In this document: in pieces, positions 20,968 through 32,409 of the stretch | Layout of the letters: every line of letters begins with the position of its first letter | Position numbering within the stretch: position 1 is the stretch's first letter | Origin: an uncultured delta proteobacterium | GTDB lineage: Bacteria > Desulfobacterota > BSN033 > UBA1163 | Length of the DNA: 64,000 bases | Assembly (NCBI GenBank): GCA_963708295.1 | Contig: CAVPSJ010000017.1 | Coordinates: forward strand, 512,001 to 576,000 | Reading direction: 5' to 3' | Notes under the pieces: generated by a model | Seen by the model: only the letters and a program-made list of their open reading frames with translations | What the model was told of the DNA's origin: nothing | Database searches by the model: none | Position numbers and translations under genes: made by a program

Positions 20968-22382
20968 TGGAATCCCTCTATCCTCAACTGCCGGTTTTGA
21001 TGATCGATGACGAAGTACAGGCCTTGAATAGTTTCGAGATGGTCCTCCGCTCAGCCAGTATGAACCATATCCTCCGTTGCCAAGATAGTCGCAAAGTCAT
21101 GGAAATTTTTTCGAGTCAAGAGATCGAGGTGATGATGCTTGACCTCTCGATGCCCTACGTATCGGGGGAGGAGTTGCTTTTGTTAGTGACCAAGGACTAT
21201 CCCGAAGTCCCTGTGATCGTGATCACGGGATCCAACGATGTCGATACGGCTGTCGCCTGTATGAAAACCGGCGCCTTCGATTACATGGTCAAGCCCGTTG
21301 AGAAGAGCAGGTTGATTTCCGGTGTGAAACGGGCGATCGAACTTCGTGAATTACAGCGGGAGAACAAATTGCTCAGAGCCCATGTTTTATCCGATAAGCT
21401 AGAGCACCCGGAGGCTTTTTCAGAGACGGTGACCAAGAGCCCGGTCATGCGATCCATCTTTCAGTATATTGAGTCGATCTCGATCAGCCCCCAGCCGATC
21501 CTGATCACCGGTGAGACCGGGGTCGGGAAGGAATTGGTTTCCAGAGCCATTCACAAACTCAGCCAGCGTAGAGGAGCCTTTGTCCCGGTCAATGTGGCGG
21601 GGTTGGACGACAATGTTTTTGCAGACACTCTTTTCGGGCATAGAAAAGGGGCTTTCACCGGCGCAGATCAGGCACGGAACGGTTTGGTGGAACAAGCCTC
21701 GGGGGGGACACTCTTCCTGGATGAGATCGGAGACCTGAGCCCAATTTCCCAGGTAAAGCTCTTACGCCTTTTACAGGATGGCGAGTACTTTCCCCTGGGG
21801 TCCGATGTCGGAAAGCGCTCAGATGCCCGAGTCGTGGTCGCTACGAATCAGGATATTCAGGCCCTTCAGGAATCCGGAAAGTTCCGTAAAGATCTTTACT
21901 ATAGACTCTGTTGCCACCAGATCCACATCCCTCCGCTTCGTGAGCGACGAGAGGATTTGCCCATTCTTCTGGACCACTTCTTGGAAAAGGCCTCCGAAAC
22001 GCTGGGCAAGAAGAAACCTACCCCTCCGGGAGAATTATTGACGCTTCTTTCGACCTATGGGTTTCCCGGAAATATCAGAGAACTCCAATCCATTATTCTG
22101 GATGCAGTGAGCAGTCACAAATCGGGGAAACTTTCCATGGAGGGATTCAAATCCTATCTCCGTCAGAAACAACCCGCTCTGGATATGGATGCAAAACCTC
22201 TCGCCGGAGGAGAGAGGCTCATGGTTTCTTTCTCTGAACCGTTGCCTACCCTCAAGCAAACAGAACAGTTGTTGATTTCCGAAGCAATGAGGCGAGCACG
22301 CCGAAACCAGGCGACCGCTGCCCAATTGCTCGGAATCACAAGACAGGCGTTGAATAAACGTTTGAAACAGGGAGACCCATGA
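20964..22382 (+). CDS. Sigma54-dependent response regulator (NtrC family)
   Basis: Receiver domain, GETGVGKE, GAFTGA, FPGNIREL, Fis-type HTH. Confidence 0.94.
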   Translation: MMESLYPQLPVLMIDDEVQALNSFEMVLRSASMNHILRCQDSRKVMEIFSSQEIEVMMLDLSMPYVSGEELLLLVTKDYPEVPVIVITGSNDVDTAVACMKTGAFDYMVKPVEKSRLISGVKRAIELRELQRENKLLRAHVLSDKLEHPEAFSETVTKSPVMRSIFQYIESISISPQPILITGETGVGKELVSRAIHKLSQRRGAFVPVNVAGLDDNVFADTLFGHRKGAFTGADQARNGLVEQASGGTLFLDEIGDLSPISQVKLLRLLQDGEYFPLGSDVGKRSDARVVVATNQDIQALQESGKFRKDLYYRLCCHQIHIPPLRERREDLPILLDHFLEKASETLGKKKPTPPGELLTLLSTYGFPGNIRELQSIILDAVSSHKSGKLSMEGFKSYLRQKQPALDMDAKPLAGGERLMVSFSEPLPTLKQTEQLLISEAMRRARRNQATAAQLLGITRQALNKRLKQGDP

Positions 22383-22499
22383 AGTTCTTGGCTCGTCGTG
22401 AGACAAACTCCCCGACCGAGATAGGTCCTCCTGTCACGAGTGACGGATAGGAAAACCGAGACGAAGGGAGCCTTGAGGCATCGAGAGAAAAAGACCTGA

Positions 22500-24407
22500 T
22501 TAACTCCGGAGGGCGTCTTTATTGATGTCGATTTTGGTTTTGGACCGGAGCTGACCGAGCCAGTTCTGAAAGGTTTCTTCCTGTTTCTGGTAGCTCAGTC
22601 TTTTTTCAAGAGTTTTCTTCACGGATTGAAATTTGCTCTGATCCGCAGGCTCATGTCCGGATAGGGTGACCACAAAGTACCCGTCTTTTGTCCGGATCAC
22701 TTCTTTGGGCACCGGGTTTTTCTCGGTGAGAGACGCGAGTATTCCCATAAACTCTCTAGCAGGGCCGATCTTGGGAACGACCCCTGCCGTTCGGGTGAAA
22801 AAGCCGGTCTCTACCAGAGGATAACCCTTTTCTCTCGCTCCCTCTCTCATATTCTTGCCTGTCCGGATCTGATTCAGGAATTCTTCAGCGACCTGACGGG
22901 CTTGCGCCTCACCCTTGATTTCGATGACCTTTCTTTTCACTTCCTCTTTCACCTCGTCCAGAGGGGGAACCCGGGAGTCCTTCTTGTTTACCTGCTTCAG
23001 GACATAGTAATTGGGGGGGATGTCCACGACGGGGGAGATCTCCCCTACCTTTAAAGAGAAAGCACTGGAATAGAAGAGAGGATTCTTTCCAAAATCCGGG
23101 ATCTCGTCGCCTTCCTTGAAAAGGCCGGTGGTCTTGATGGGAACACCCTTTTCTCTCGCATACCCCTCCAGATCGCGGCTACGGAAAAGGGAGTAGAAAG
23201 CATCGTCCGCTTTTCGGGAGGCTTCTGCCTTGGTTTTCTCTTTTTTTAAGGCTTCAAGGATCTGGGTTCTTACCTCTTCGAAAGATTTTTGTTTCTCCTC
23301 CTTAACCTCCTCTATTTTAAAAATAAGAAAACCCTCTTTCCCGGATAACACTCCGCTTAAATCGCCCGCCTTCATCGAAAAGAGAATCGACTCCATCGGT
23401 TCACCCAACATTCCCTTTTGAACCCATCCCAGATCGCCTCCTTTCGAGGCATTTTGTCCTTCGGAATACTGCTTTGCCAGGGAGCCAAAATCTTTTGTCT
23501 TTTTAGCCTTCTCCAGGATCTCCTCGGCCTTCTTCTTTTTCGCCTCCAATTGATCCGGTGACTCTTGAGTCCCTGTTTTGACGAGGATATTCCTCACCCT
23601 GATCTGCTTGGGTATTTTAAAAGTATTCTTTCGTTGATCGTAATACCGTTTGACTTCATCCGGGGAAACCCGGATTTCACTCTCGAAATCAGAAGGTCGG
23701 AAGAAAAGGTATTGAATCTGGACAAAAGCGGGGATTCTGAATTCCTCTCGATGCTTCTCATAGTAGTCTTTCATCTCAATGTCGTTTGCGTTGACTTGAC
23801 TCTTGAAAGAGTCGGGGGCGATCTTCAGGAAGGTGAGGTTGATCCGTTCATTCTCAAAGAGATAGGTGTCCAGTACTTCATCATCGGAGACCTTCCCTTC
23901 GTTCGTCTTGATCAGGCTGACCGCTTTTGAAATCAGAAGATTTTCTCTTTGGCTTTGCTCAAATTCGTCAGGGGTCATTCGGTTTACACGAAGGAACCTT
24001 TCATAGTTCCTTCTGTCAAATTGACCATTGATCTGAAAAGCCGGGATCGATTCAATGCCCGCCCTCAGTTCGTCATCAGGAATACTGAACCCAAGCCTTT
24101 TTGCCTCTTGCAAGATGAGGATCTTGTCGATAAGGCCATCCAAAATTTTGTCTTTCAGACCGAGTTCTTCGATCATCTTCTCCGAAAAGGACGGGCCCAA
24201 AGCATCTCGATATTGCTTGACGGCGTTCTGAAAGGCGTCATTATACTCTCTCCAATCAATCGTGGTGTCATTCACCTTAGCGACATAGGTCATTTTTTTC
24301 TCGCGGAAAAAAGAGTATCCCCCCCACGAGATGAAAGTGACGGCCACCAATATCAGTATCCCCTTGAGCATCCACGAAGATGCATGTTCCCTCAATACTC
24401 TTAGCAT
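22500..24407 (-). CDS. ppiD: PpiD-like SurA N-terminal/parvulin foldase
   Basis: N-terminal TM, AFQINGQFD, parvulin LAKQYS...GGDLGWV. Confidence 0.85.
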   Translation of the reverse strand: MLRVLREHASSWMLKGILILVAVTFISWGGYSFFREKKMTYVAKVNDTTIDWREYNDAFQNAVKQYRDALGPSFSEKMIEELGLKDKILDGLIDKILILQEAKRLGFSIPDDELRAGIESIPAFQINGQFDRRNYERFLRVNRMTPDEFEQSQRENLLISKAVSLIKTNEGKVSDDEVLDTYLFENERINLTFLKIAPDSFKSQVNANDIEMKDYYEKHREEFRIPAFVQIQYLFFRPSDFESEIRVSPDEVKRYYDQRKNTFKIPKQIRVRNILVKTGTQESPDQLEAKKKKAEEILEKAKKTKDFGSLAKQYSEGQNASKGGDLGWVQKGMLGEPMESILFSMKAGDLSGVLSGKEGFLIFKIEEVKEEKQKSFEEVRTQILEALKKEKTKAEASRKADDAFYSLFRSRDLEGYAREKGVPIKTTGLFKEGDEIPDFGKNPLFYSSAFSLKVGEISPVVDIPPNYYVLKQVNKKDSRVPPLDEVKEEVKRKVIEIKGEAQARQVAEEFLNQIRTGKNMREGAREKGYPLVETGFFTRTAGVVPKIGPAREFMGILASLTEKNPVPKEVIRTKDGYFVVTLSGHEPADQSKFQSVKKTLEKRLSYQKQEETFQNWLGQLRSKTKIDINKDALRS

Positions 24408-24529
24408 GGGTTCTCTCTCCTTTAAAGCTCAACATTAATCTATCCTTTCCGAAAACTCAAGGGGTTATCCGCCATTCCCGACCTAAGTTTTTCCCTCTAT
24501 GTACAGAATAGTTATCGACACAGAGGGGC

Positions 24530-24673
24530 GAGCTTGAAGCTTGCCCCATGAGGGCGGCGCTCCAGCTGCAGGGCAATGTCAAGACGGGCATTGATCCGGG
24601 TTAGCCTCAACGCAGGACTTATGAAGCCTCGGAGGGGATTTAGGAAGCCCCGCCCTGTGGGCGGAGAGCTTCA
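24530..24673. repeat. Homolog of the 15.2-kb element fused to an IS200/IS605-like end hairpin
   Basis: cttatgaagcctcggaggggattt followed by GGAAGCCCCGCCCTGTGGGCGGAGAGCTTCAA. Confidence 0.45.
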
Positions 24674-24753
24674 AAAGAATCCTCTTGATTCTTTATGATT
24701 TTTGAGTAAAGAATTCATCATAAGACAGGCCAATTGCCTCTCGGGGGGAGCCC

Positions 24754-25983
24754 ATGTTTGAATTTCTATTAACCAGGGAAGAAAAGGAGTTGCAGGAAGA
24801 GGTCAGAAGGTTCGTCAGGGAAGAGGTGCCGAGTTCACTCATCCGGGCCATGGACGCCGATCAGGTGAAATATCCGAAGGAGTACATGAAAAGCCTGTCC
24901 GCGCGGAATCTCCTCGGACTTCGTTTCTCCAAAGAATGGGGAGGCAGGGGAATGAAGTGGACGGGGGAGGTGGCGGCGATTGAGGAAATTGGCGTCCTCG
25001 GATCGGGAATGAGCTGCCTCTACTCTCTGGTGAGCATCTGCGGCGAGGCGATCCATCATTTTGGGACTCCGGAGCTGAAGGGAAAGTATTTGAAGCCCAC
25101 CCTGGAAGGGAAACTCTGCTGTGCCGAAGCGCTCACCGAACCCCGGGGAGGGTCGGATTTTTTCGGCGCGACCACCCTTGCCAGGAAGGATGGAGAGGAT
25201 TATATCCTCAACGGCCAGAAGCGTTTTGTGGTGGGTGCGGAAGGGGCGGATTATTTTCTCGTTTACGCAAAAACGGCGAGTGAGGCTGAGCCGCATCGGT
25301 CCATTTCCTGTTTTATCGTGGAGAGGGATGCCAGCGTGGAAGTGAAGCACGTCTATGGACTTCTGGGGTCGCGGGGAGGAGGGACAGGCCGCCTCTATTT
25401 TCACGACACGCGGGTGCCAGCCAAAAATCTTGTGGGCCCGCTTCACGGAGGCGTTCTGGTCTTCAACCGGATGATGATTCCCGAGCGGCTGACCACTGCG
25501 GCCGGAGCACTCGGCATGGCCCGGTGTTGTCTGGAGGTCGCTACCCGGTATACCGACCGGAGGAAAGCCTTCGGAGAGACGATTCGGAAATTTGAAGCGG
25601 TCAGTTTCAAGGTGGCCGATTCCATCGCTAAACTGGATGCCGCCCGGAGCCTGGTCTATGTGACGGCAAAGCACGTGGACGAAGGACTCGATTCGAGACG
25701 GATGGTGTCCGAAGCAAAGAAGACCGCTACAGAGATGCTTTGGGAAGTCGTCAACCATTCGATGCAGGTCATGGGGGGAATCGGATACACGAATATCTAC
25801 CCGATCGAGCGCTTCTTCCGAGATGCCAGGCTTCAGATGATCTGGACCGGAACGAATGAAATCATGAATCTCCTCATCCAGCATGAATTCTACAAAGAGA
25901 CATTGAACAGGGAGAGTGGCGTAAGGGACGTCGAAAGAGATGCCATGGACCTCGAAGGAGAAGAAGAGAAGGTCTATGAATGA
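24754..25983 (+). CDS. Acyl-CoA dehydrogenase (helix-G Glu type)
   Basis: [32 protein letters not shown]. Confidence 0.92.
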   Translation: MFEFLLTREEKELQEEVRRFVREEVPSSLIRAMDADQVKYPKEYMKSLSARNLLGLRFSKEWGGRGMKWTGEVAAIEEIGVLGSGMSCLYSLVSICGEAIHHFGTPELKGKYLKPTLEGKLCCAEALTEPRGGSDFFGATTLARKDGEDYILNGQKRFVVGAEGADYFLVYAKTASEAEPHRSISCFIVERDASVEVKHVYGLLGSRGGGTGRLYFHDTRVPAKNLVGPLHGGVLVFNRMMIPERLTTAAGALGMARCCLEVATRYTDRRKAFGETIRKFEAVSFKVADSIAKLDAARSLVYVTAKHVDEGLDSRRMVSEAKKTATEMLWEVVNHSMQVMGGIGYTNIYPIERFFRDARLQMIWTGTNEIMNLLIQHEFYKETLNRESGVRDVERDAMDLEGEEEKVYE

Positions 25984-26085
25984 ACACGCCAAATTTCAAT
26001 AGCTCCATTATCTCCCTCTCCCTTTGTGGGAGAGGGCGGGGGTGAGGGGAAACATACAATATCCACCCCCACCTCAATCCTCCCC

Positions 26086-26321
26086 GTATAGACCGGGGAC
26101 ATAGTAAATGGGTGTTCGGCACATGGGTAATAGTTGTTTTATATCTCTTAGTCAATGTTGGATGTCGTTTACCTCCCCTTAGGTTAAGGGGAGGTGTGGA
26201 GGGGTTACGATCAGCGACGATTCGGGACTTAATAACTCCCCCCAACCCCCTCTTACTCTAAGAGGGGATACCAACGATTGCGTCCATCAGCCCCTTGTCC
26301 TGTATCCTGTTACCTATGTCT
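26086..26321. mobile_element. Non-autonomous element with IS481-like ends, copy 1
   Basis: gtatagaccggggacat..ggcacatgggtaa ... tgttacctatgtc; ~200 bp shared with 28310-28556. Confidence 0.6.
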
Positions 26322-26492
26322 TTGCACTTCCCCTTGACGGGGGAGGATAACCCTGATTAATTTTTATTGTTTGTGCGTGATGTATTCGTCATGTAAAATT
26401 TGATTGAGTTTGGAATTCAGTTATTTAGATTTTACTGACGATGTTGAGATCGACACAACATCCTGTCTTAAGAGCAATGTGCCTAATATGAT

Positions 26493-27716
26493 ATGACGAC
26501 GAACGATCGTATTTGCATCACCGGAATGGGGGTTGTCTCTCCGATTGGGATTGGAAAGGAAGAATTCCTTCTCTCGTTGAAGGAGGGTCGCTCCGGCATT
26601 GAGGAGATTAGAGAATTCGATACCCATTTCTCCCGTTCCAAAAAGGGAGGGGTGATCCGTTCTTTTCATCCCAAAGATTTCATACCCGCGAGCAAGATCC
26701 GGCGCCTGGATCGGGCCAGCCAGTTTGCCATCGCAGCCTCCAAACTGGCGTTAGCCGACGCAAAGTTTTCTGTGACTCGGGAAAACAGCTCCAGGGTCGG
26801 GGTGGTCCTCGGCTCCGGTTTCTGTGGCCTGTCGAGTGCAGAAGAATTCCATCGTGGGCAGGTTCTCAAAGGATTTCTTGATTTAAACCCCATCCTCTTT
26901 CCCAATACGGTTCCCAACGCCCCTTCCAGTTATGTCTCCATCGAGCTTGGGATCCAGGGGGTCAATTCCACATTGGTTCAATCCTTCTGTACGGCGGAGG
27001 CCGCTATTATTTTTGCGTGCGATCAATTGCGAAAACGAAGGGCGGACCTCATTCTCACGGGTGGAGTCGATGAGTTGAGTGAGTTTTTGTTTCGGGGATT
27101 TTCGGAGCTTCACCTCCTGGCCGCAGATCGGGGATACGGAGAGAGGTCGTGCCCTTATGACAAGATGAGAAATGGTCTGGTATTGGGAGAAGGCGCGGGA
27201 TTGTTGGTCTTGGAGAGGGAGGAGCAGGTCCGGTCGAGGGGGGGAGGGATTTATGGTTATGTCCTGGGTTATAGTTTTGTGGGGAAATCGCCGAAGGGTG
27301 ACCCGTCTGAGGATCTGGGGCGTTCAATCAAAATGACACTCGAAGGAAGGGAAAAGGGTTTTGTCGATTATCTGAGCGGGGCTGGCAATTCATCGAAAGG
27401 ATTGGACGCCCTGGAGGCCAAAGGGGTTAAAAAGGCATTTCAAACGCGGCCTCTCCGAATTCCCGTCAGCTCGATCAAGTCGATGACCGGAGAAGCCATT
27501 GCCTCCGGGGGAATTCGAATGGTGGCCAATGTTCTTTCCATGGAAAACGGCGTCATTCCGCCGACCATCAATTATCTGAACCCGGATCCAGCCTGTGATC
27601 TGCGCTATATCATCAATGAAAGACTGGACCGGGAGATTAAAACCGTTCTCCATCTGGGGATTTCACCGGAGAATTGTTTTTCCTCTCTCCTGATAGGTGT
27701 CGAATGGAATGGATAG
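26493..27716 (+). CDS. Non-catalytic beta-ketoacyl synthase homolog (chain-length-factor-like)
   Basis: KS fold (ITGMGVVSPIG, GEGAG), but triad replaced: QSFCT vs TACSS, GAGNS vs AHGTG, TGEA vs VGHC. Confidence 0.85.
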   Translation: MTTNDRICITGMGVVSPIGIGKEEFLLSLKEGRSGIEEIREFDTHFSRSKKGGVIRSFHPKDFIPASKIRRLDRASQFAIAASKLALADAKFSVTRENSSRVGVVLGSGFCGLSSAEEFHRGQVLKGFLDLNPILFPNTVPNAPSSYVSIELGIQGVNSTLVQSFCTAEAAIIFACDQLRKRRADLILTGGVDELSEFLFRGFSELHLLAADRGYGERSCPYDKMRNGLVLGEGAGLLVLEREEQVRSRGGGIYGYVLGYSFVGKSPKGDPSEDLGRSIKMTLEGREKGFVDYLSGAGNSSKGLDALEAKGVKKAFQTRPLRIPVSSIKSMTGEAIASGGIRMVANVLSMENGVIPPTINYLNPDPACDLRYIINERLDREIKTVLHLGISPENCFSSLLIGVEWNG

Positions 27717-28183
27717 CCGGCCATTGGAAACTCATCCTCCTCTTCACTGCCATCCACTTCTCCCTGGGGCGATCTTTCTCTGTGCTTTTTGCCATCATCA
27801 ACGAGATGCCTGCCTTCCTCTACTTTCCCTTGGCTCTGGTTTATGACTACGTTCAAATCCCGGTCTACGGAGCGATCCTGGAACATTCGAGCAAGAATTT
27901 CTTCCCCGTGCGATGGTTAAAAAATAAGACAGATCATTTCCTGAGCCATTTGAATGAAAGGCCTATTCTAAAAAGGGTCATGTCCTTGGGGAATGTCGGG
28001 TTGATTCTGCTCTCTGCTCTCCCGATTCGAGGCTTTGGAATTCTCTCAGCGAGCATCGTCAGTTTCTTTCTCAAAAAAGGAAGGGTGGAGGGGACCCTTC
28101 TCCTGATGGCGGGCTCCTTCATCGGTATTTTTATCATCATGGGAATTGCAAACGGAATCCTTAGAATCCTTTCTTTCTTTTGA
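27704..28183 (+). CDS. Small membrane protein (small multidrug-export-like)
   Basis: Hydrophobic helices, LSALPIRGFG; overlaps the KS-like gene. Confidence 0.55.
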   Translation: MEWIAGHWKLILLFTAIHFSLGRSFSVLFAIINEMPAFLYFPLALVYDYVQIPVYGAILEHSSKNFFPVRWLKNKTDHFLSHLNERPILKRVMSLGNVGLILLSALPIRGFGILSASIVSFFLKKGRVEGTLLLMAGSFIGIFIIMGIANGILRILSFF

Positions 28184-28309
28184 GAGAGGGGGGAGAAATC
28201 GCCTCTTTAGCTGAACCCACCCCTACCCTTTCCATATCCCTGAAGGGGAGGGGTCGCGTTATACTATTCCTCCGAAGAAATTGACATTCTCCTCCCCTTC
28301 AAAAAGGAG

Positions 28310-28556
28310 TGTATAGACTGGGGGCATGGGTAATAGTTGTTTAATATCTTATAGTTAGTAAATGTTTGAGATGTTTTACCTCCCCTTAAGTTAAGGGGAG
28401 GTGCGGAGGGGTTACGATCAGCGCCAATTCGGAACTGAATAACTCCCCCATCCCCCTCTTACTCTAAGAGGGGAATACCAACGATTGCGTCCAGCAGCCT
28501 CTTGTCCTGTTACTTATGTCTGCGAACATCTGTTACCTATCTCACCGATCTATTCA
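28310..28556. mobile_element. Non-autonomous element with IS481-like ends, copy 2
   Basis: tgtatagactgggggcatgggtaa ... tgttacttatgtctgcgaacatctgttacctatctcaccgatctat. Confidence 0.6.
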
Positions 28557-28701
28557 AGGGGGAGGTTAGGAGGGGGATGGGTCTCAAGACACCCAATCGC
28601 CTTTTGGATTTTTTTTGTGCAACGAGTGGGTTAAGATAAAGATTTGGAAGGGGAGAGAGGAATAAAATGGCTGCGTTGAGCTCAGCAACAAAAATGATAC
28701 G

Positions 28702-30069
28702 ATGACACAACAACCCGATACCCGTAAAAAGAAAGCTCTGCTGATCTTTCCCAGGGAGAAAGGAATCAAGTTTTCTAATGATACGCTCTACCCTTTTCCG
28801 ATATTAGGCCTCACCCTCCTGGCCGCTCTTTTTCCGAAAACCTATGAGGTCAAGATCATCAACGAAGTGGTTGAAGAGGTCGATTTCGATGCCGAGGTGG
28901 ATTTCGTGGGGATCACCGGCCTGACTTGTGTGATCAAGAGGGCCTACGCGATCGCCGACCGGTTTCGTGAAAGGGGCATCAAGGTAGTTTTGGGAGGCAT
29001 TCATCCCAGCCTTTTGCCCGAAGAGGCCAAAGAACATGCTGACTCGGTCTTCATCGGCGAGGCGGAGGGAATGTTCGAAGAAGTCCTCCGGGACTTTGAG
29101 GCCGGGGAACTCAAGCCTTATTATAAAAATCGAGAGTGGCCAGATTTGAAGCAAATGCCCCATCCGAGAAGGGACCTCTTGAATAAACGTTACCGGCCGT
29201 TTTTCAAGGTGATCGAGACGACTCGCGGTTGTCCCAACCGGTGCGAATTTTGCTCTGTTCCGATCATCAGCGGAAAGCGTTATCGGCTCCGTCCCCTTGA
29301 AGAGATCGATCGGGAGCTGTCCCTGATCATCAAGAAGAAAGGGGAATATCTCATGGTCGCCGATGATAACGTGACCGCTAAAGAGGATTATGCCTTTGGG
29401 CTTTTCGACCTCTTCAAGCATTACGGAGTGAAGTGGATGGGGTTCACGACCATCAAGATTGCCCTGAATGAAAAGCTTCTCAAAAAGGCTCAAGAGAGCG
29501 GCTGCATCTCACTCTTCATCGGCTTTGAGTCGCTCCTCCAGGAGAATCTGAACGGCGTCTCGAAACGATTTGTCGATGCAAAAGAGTTGTCGAAATGGAT
29601 CAAAACGATTCAAGGCCGTCAGATTGGTATTCAAGGCGCCTTCATCTTCGGGTTCGATGAAGATGACTCCACGATCTTCAAAAGGACGGTGGACTTCGTC
29701 CAAAAAAACAATATCGAACTCCCTACTTTTTCCATTCTCACGCCCTTTCCGGGAACCCCTCTTCAAAAGAGGCTGGAAGAGGAAAGGAGAATCTTTGACC
29801 GTGACTGGTCGCATTATGACATGAGTCATGTGGTCTTCAAGCCAAAAAAGGTGACGGTCCAGGAACTCCAGGAGGGATACCTCTGGGCCCAGAAATATAT
29901 CTGTGCCCCTCGATCCATCTTGAAACGGCTGCTCTGGGGGCCCAGGAATCACTTCTTTCACTTCTTGATGTCAAACTTTATTCTGCGCGGGGCCCAGATG
30001 GAAGTGATTCGCAGGATCAAAGAGAAAGAACTCCCGTATGAGAATTCTGCTGATCTCCGTCAATCGTGA
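28702..30069 (+). CDS. B12-binding radical SAM protein
   Basis: VVLGGIHPS, GEAE, TRGCPNRCEFC, TPFPGT. Confidence 0.92.
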   Translation: MTQQPDTRKKKALLIFPREKGIKFSNDTLYPFPILGLTLLAALFPKTYEVKIINEVVEEVDFDAEVDFVGITGLTCVIKRAYAIADRFRERGIKVVLGGIHPSLLPEEAKEHADSVFIGEAEGMFEEVLRDFEAGELKPYYKNREWPDLKQMPHPRRDLLNKRYRPFFKVIETTRGCPNRCEFCSVPIISGKRYRLRPLEEIDRELSLIIKKKGEYLMVADDNVTAKEDYAFGLFDLFKHYGVKWMGFTTIKIALNEKLLKKAQESGCISLFIGFESLLQENLNGVSKRFVDAKELSKWIKTIQGRQIGIQGAFIFGFDEDDSTIFKRTVDFVQKNNIELPTFSILTPFPGTPLQKRLEEERRIFDRDWSHYDMSHVVFKPKKVTVQELQEGYLWAQKYICAPRSILKRLLWGPRNHFFHFLMSNFILRGAQMEVIRRIKEKELPYENSADLRQS

Positions 30070-31438
30070 GAGGATGCCTTTTCCTGTCTTCCCCCTGGGA
30101 CTGGCTTACATCGCCAAGGTATTGAGGGAAGAGGGCCATCCGATGGACGTCATGGATCTCTGTTTTTCTCAAAACGTATCGGTCGATCTCAAGAACACCC
30201 TTCATCGCTTCCAGCCCGGCCTGATCGGCATCTCTCTAAGAAATCTGGATAATCTCACTTATCCAACCTCTGTCTCTTATCTTAAAGAGGTGGAGGAGGT
30301 CATCGGGATTTGCCGCCAACAGGGTTCATCGCGATTGGTCATCGGGGGATCGGGGTTTTCCTTAGCCCCCCAAGAGCTCCTCCGGCATTTGGATGTCGAT
30401 TTTGGGATTGTGGGAGAAGGCGAGGAGGTTTTCGTGCAATTCGTAAGGAGTCTCGAAAAGGGTGAACCCATCTCTCCCTCTCCTTATCTCCTCGTTAAGG
30501 GGAGCCCTTTTCCGCCTTTGATCGAAGGGGCTCGGGTCTTTCCCGTCCGAAGTCCTGATCGGAGCTTTTTCGAAACGCGTCGCTATTTGGAAGAAGGAGG
30601 GATGGGGAATATTCAAACGAAGCGGGGATGTCCCTTCTCCTGTATCTACTGTACCTATCCTTTGTTGGAAGGGAAGAAGGTCAGGCTGAGAAAGATGGAA
30701 GAAGTGGTGGACGAGATCCAGCGCCTCGTGGAAGAGGAAGTGGATTACATCTACTTCGTCGACGATATCTTCAACTACCCGCCCTCCTTTGCGGAAGCGC
30801 TCTGTCGTGAGATGGTTCGAAGAAAGGTCGATGTCAAATGGAGCGCTTTCGTCAACCCGGCTTTTCTTAATGAAACGTTGCTGCAATGGATGAAAGAAGC
30901 CGGGTGCGATGGAATAGAATTTGGAACCGATTCAGGATCTCCGCGGATGATTGAGAATTACAGGAAATCATTCACCCGGGAAGACATCCTCCGTTCCTCA
31001 AGACTCTGTTCAACCTTACAGATCAATCACTGCCACTATCTTCTCTTCGGGGGACCGGGAGAAGACGAAGAGACGATTGAAGAATCCTTTCAGCTCATGG
31101 ATCAGCTTGATCCTACGGCGGTGATCGCCATGTTGGGTGTTCGGATCTATCCGGGGACAGAATTGGAGAAGCTCTCCATTTCCCAGGGGGTCATCCGCCA
31201 GAATTCTCCTTTGATGTATCCCCATTTTTATATCTCTCCAAATTTGGGAGAGAGATTGGGTGAGATTGTCCAGGAGAAAGCGCTTGTCAGGAAGCGTTGG
31301 ATCGTTCCCGGGCTGGAGATCAACATCACGAAAAATCTGATAGAACAGATACGAAAATTCCGAATTCGAGGACCCTTATGGGAGCTGGTAGGAAGGATGA
31401 AGAGATCAAGAGTCAGACCCCTCGGGGAATCAAAGTGA
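30038..31438 (+). CDS. B12-binding radical SAM protein, lipid-biosynthesis type
   Basis: MRILLISVN..PFPVFPLG, SLRNLDN, GGSGFS, QTKRGCPFSCIYC, YFVDDIFN. Confidence 0.88.
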   Translation: MRILLISVNRERMPFPVFPLGLAYIAKVLREEGHPMDVMDLCFSQNVSVDLKNTLHRFQPGLIGISLRNLDNLTYPTSVSYLKEVEEVIGICRQQGSSRLVIGGSGFSLAPQELLRHLDVDFGIVGEGEEVFVQFVRSLEKGEPISPSPYLLVKGSPFPPLIEGARVFPVRSPDRSFFETRRYLEEGGMGNIQTKRGCPFSCIYCTYPLLEGKKVRLRKMEEVVDEIQRLVEEEVDYIYFVDDIFNYPPSFAEALCREMVRRKVDVKWSAFVNPAFLNETLLQWMKEAGCDGIEFGTDSGSPRMIENYRKSFTREDILRSSRLCSTLQINHCHYLLFGGPGEDEETIEESFQLMDQLDPTAVIAMLGVRIYPGTELEKLSISQGVIRQNSPLMYPHFYISPNLGERLGEIVQEKALVRKRWIVPGLEINITKNLIEQIRKFRIRGPLWELVGRMKRSRVRPLGESK

Positions 31439-31469
31439 CCCCTTTGGTTGTGCTTCAATTTGGGACTTG

Positions 31470-31648
31470 AAATTCGAAGCACGAAATTCGAAATGGTTGA
31501 AACTCAAACTTCAAATGACCAAAGCACTAAAATCTAAAACTCAAATGACGAAACGATTTTGAATTTTGGTACTTTGGACATTTGAGTTTGTTTAGAGTTT
31601 AGGTTTCGAGTACGGACGCTTCGCATCATATTCGGATTTCGAATTTTT
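31470..31648. repeat. 7-nt periodic imperfect inverted repeat
   Basis: aaattcgaagcacgaaattcgaaa ... atattcggatttcgaattt. Confidence 0.7.
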
Positions 31649-31666
31649 TAAAATTGGAGGACGGAG

Positions 31667-32409
31667 ATGTTACTGAAAAGATCAAGTGGCCATCGTGACC
31701 GGCGGAACGAAAGGGATTGGAAGGGCGATCTGTCTCCTCTTGGCCGAACAAGGGGCAAAGGTCATCGCCAATTTCTCCAAGGATGGTGATGCGGCAGAAA
31801 ACCTGAAGAAGGAAGCCAAATCCAGGGGGCTGGACCTCGGTTTGTATAAAGCGGATGTGACCCAATTCGATCAGGTAAAAGCGATGGTGGAGGAGACCGC
31901 GGCTCAATACGGAAAGATTGACATCCTGGTCAACAATGCGGGCCTTGTGAGGGACAACTTTCTCATGCTGATGAGCGATGAGGATTGGGAATCTCTTGTC
32001 AGAACGAATCTGACGAGCCTTTTCTATTGCTGCAGGATCGTGATTCGAAAGATGATTCCTCAGAGAAAAGGGAAGATCATTAATATCTCCTCGATCAGCG
32101 GGATAATGGGCACCCCCGGCCAGGTCAATTATGCGGCGACCAAAGGAGGAATGATCAGCTTCACAAAATCCCTTGCCCGGGAATTGGGGCCTTTCAACAT
32201 TCATGTGAATGCCGTGGCTCCGGGCTTGATCGAATCGGAAGTGGTTTCCAAAATGCCCAAGGAGAAATTGGAATCGATCGTCAAATCGTCGAGCCTCGGG
32301 AGGATCGGGAAGCCGGAGGAAGTCGCCCAGGCCGTTCTCTTTCTTGCGTCAGAAGCATTCAAACTACATCACCGGCCAGACCATTGTCGTGGACGGTGGA
32401 ATTGTTTAG
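31667..32409 (+). CDS. fabG: 3-oxoacyl-ACP reductase FabG (two frameshifts)
   Basis: TGGTKGIG, NNAGLVRD, NYAATK; corrected ends read MLLKDQVAIV and YITGQTIVVDGGIV*. Confidence 0.85.

Noticed and set aside
24835-25992. 385-aa antisense ORF and similar long shadow ORFs
   Set aside because: Opposite well-supported genes; expected from codon bias and lacking recognisable motifs
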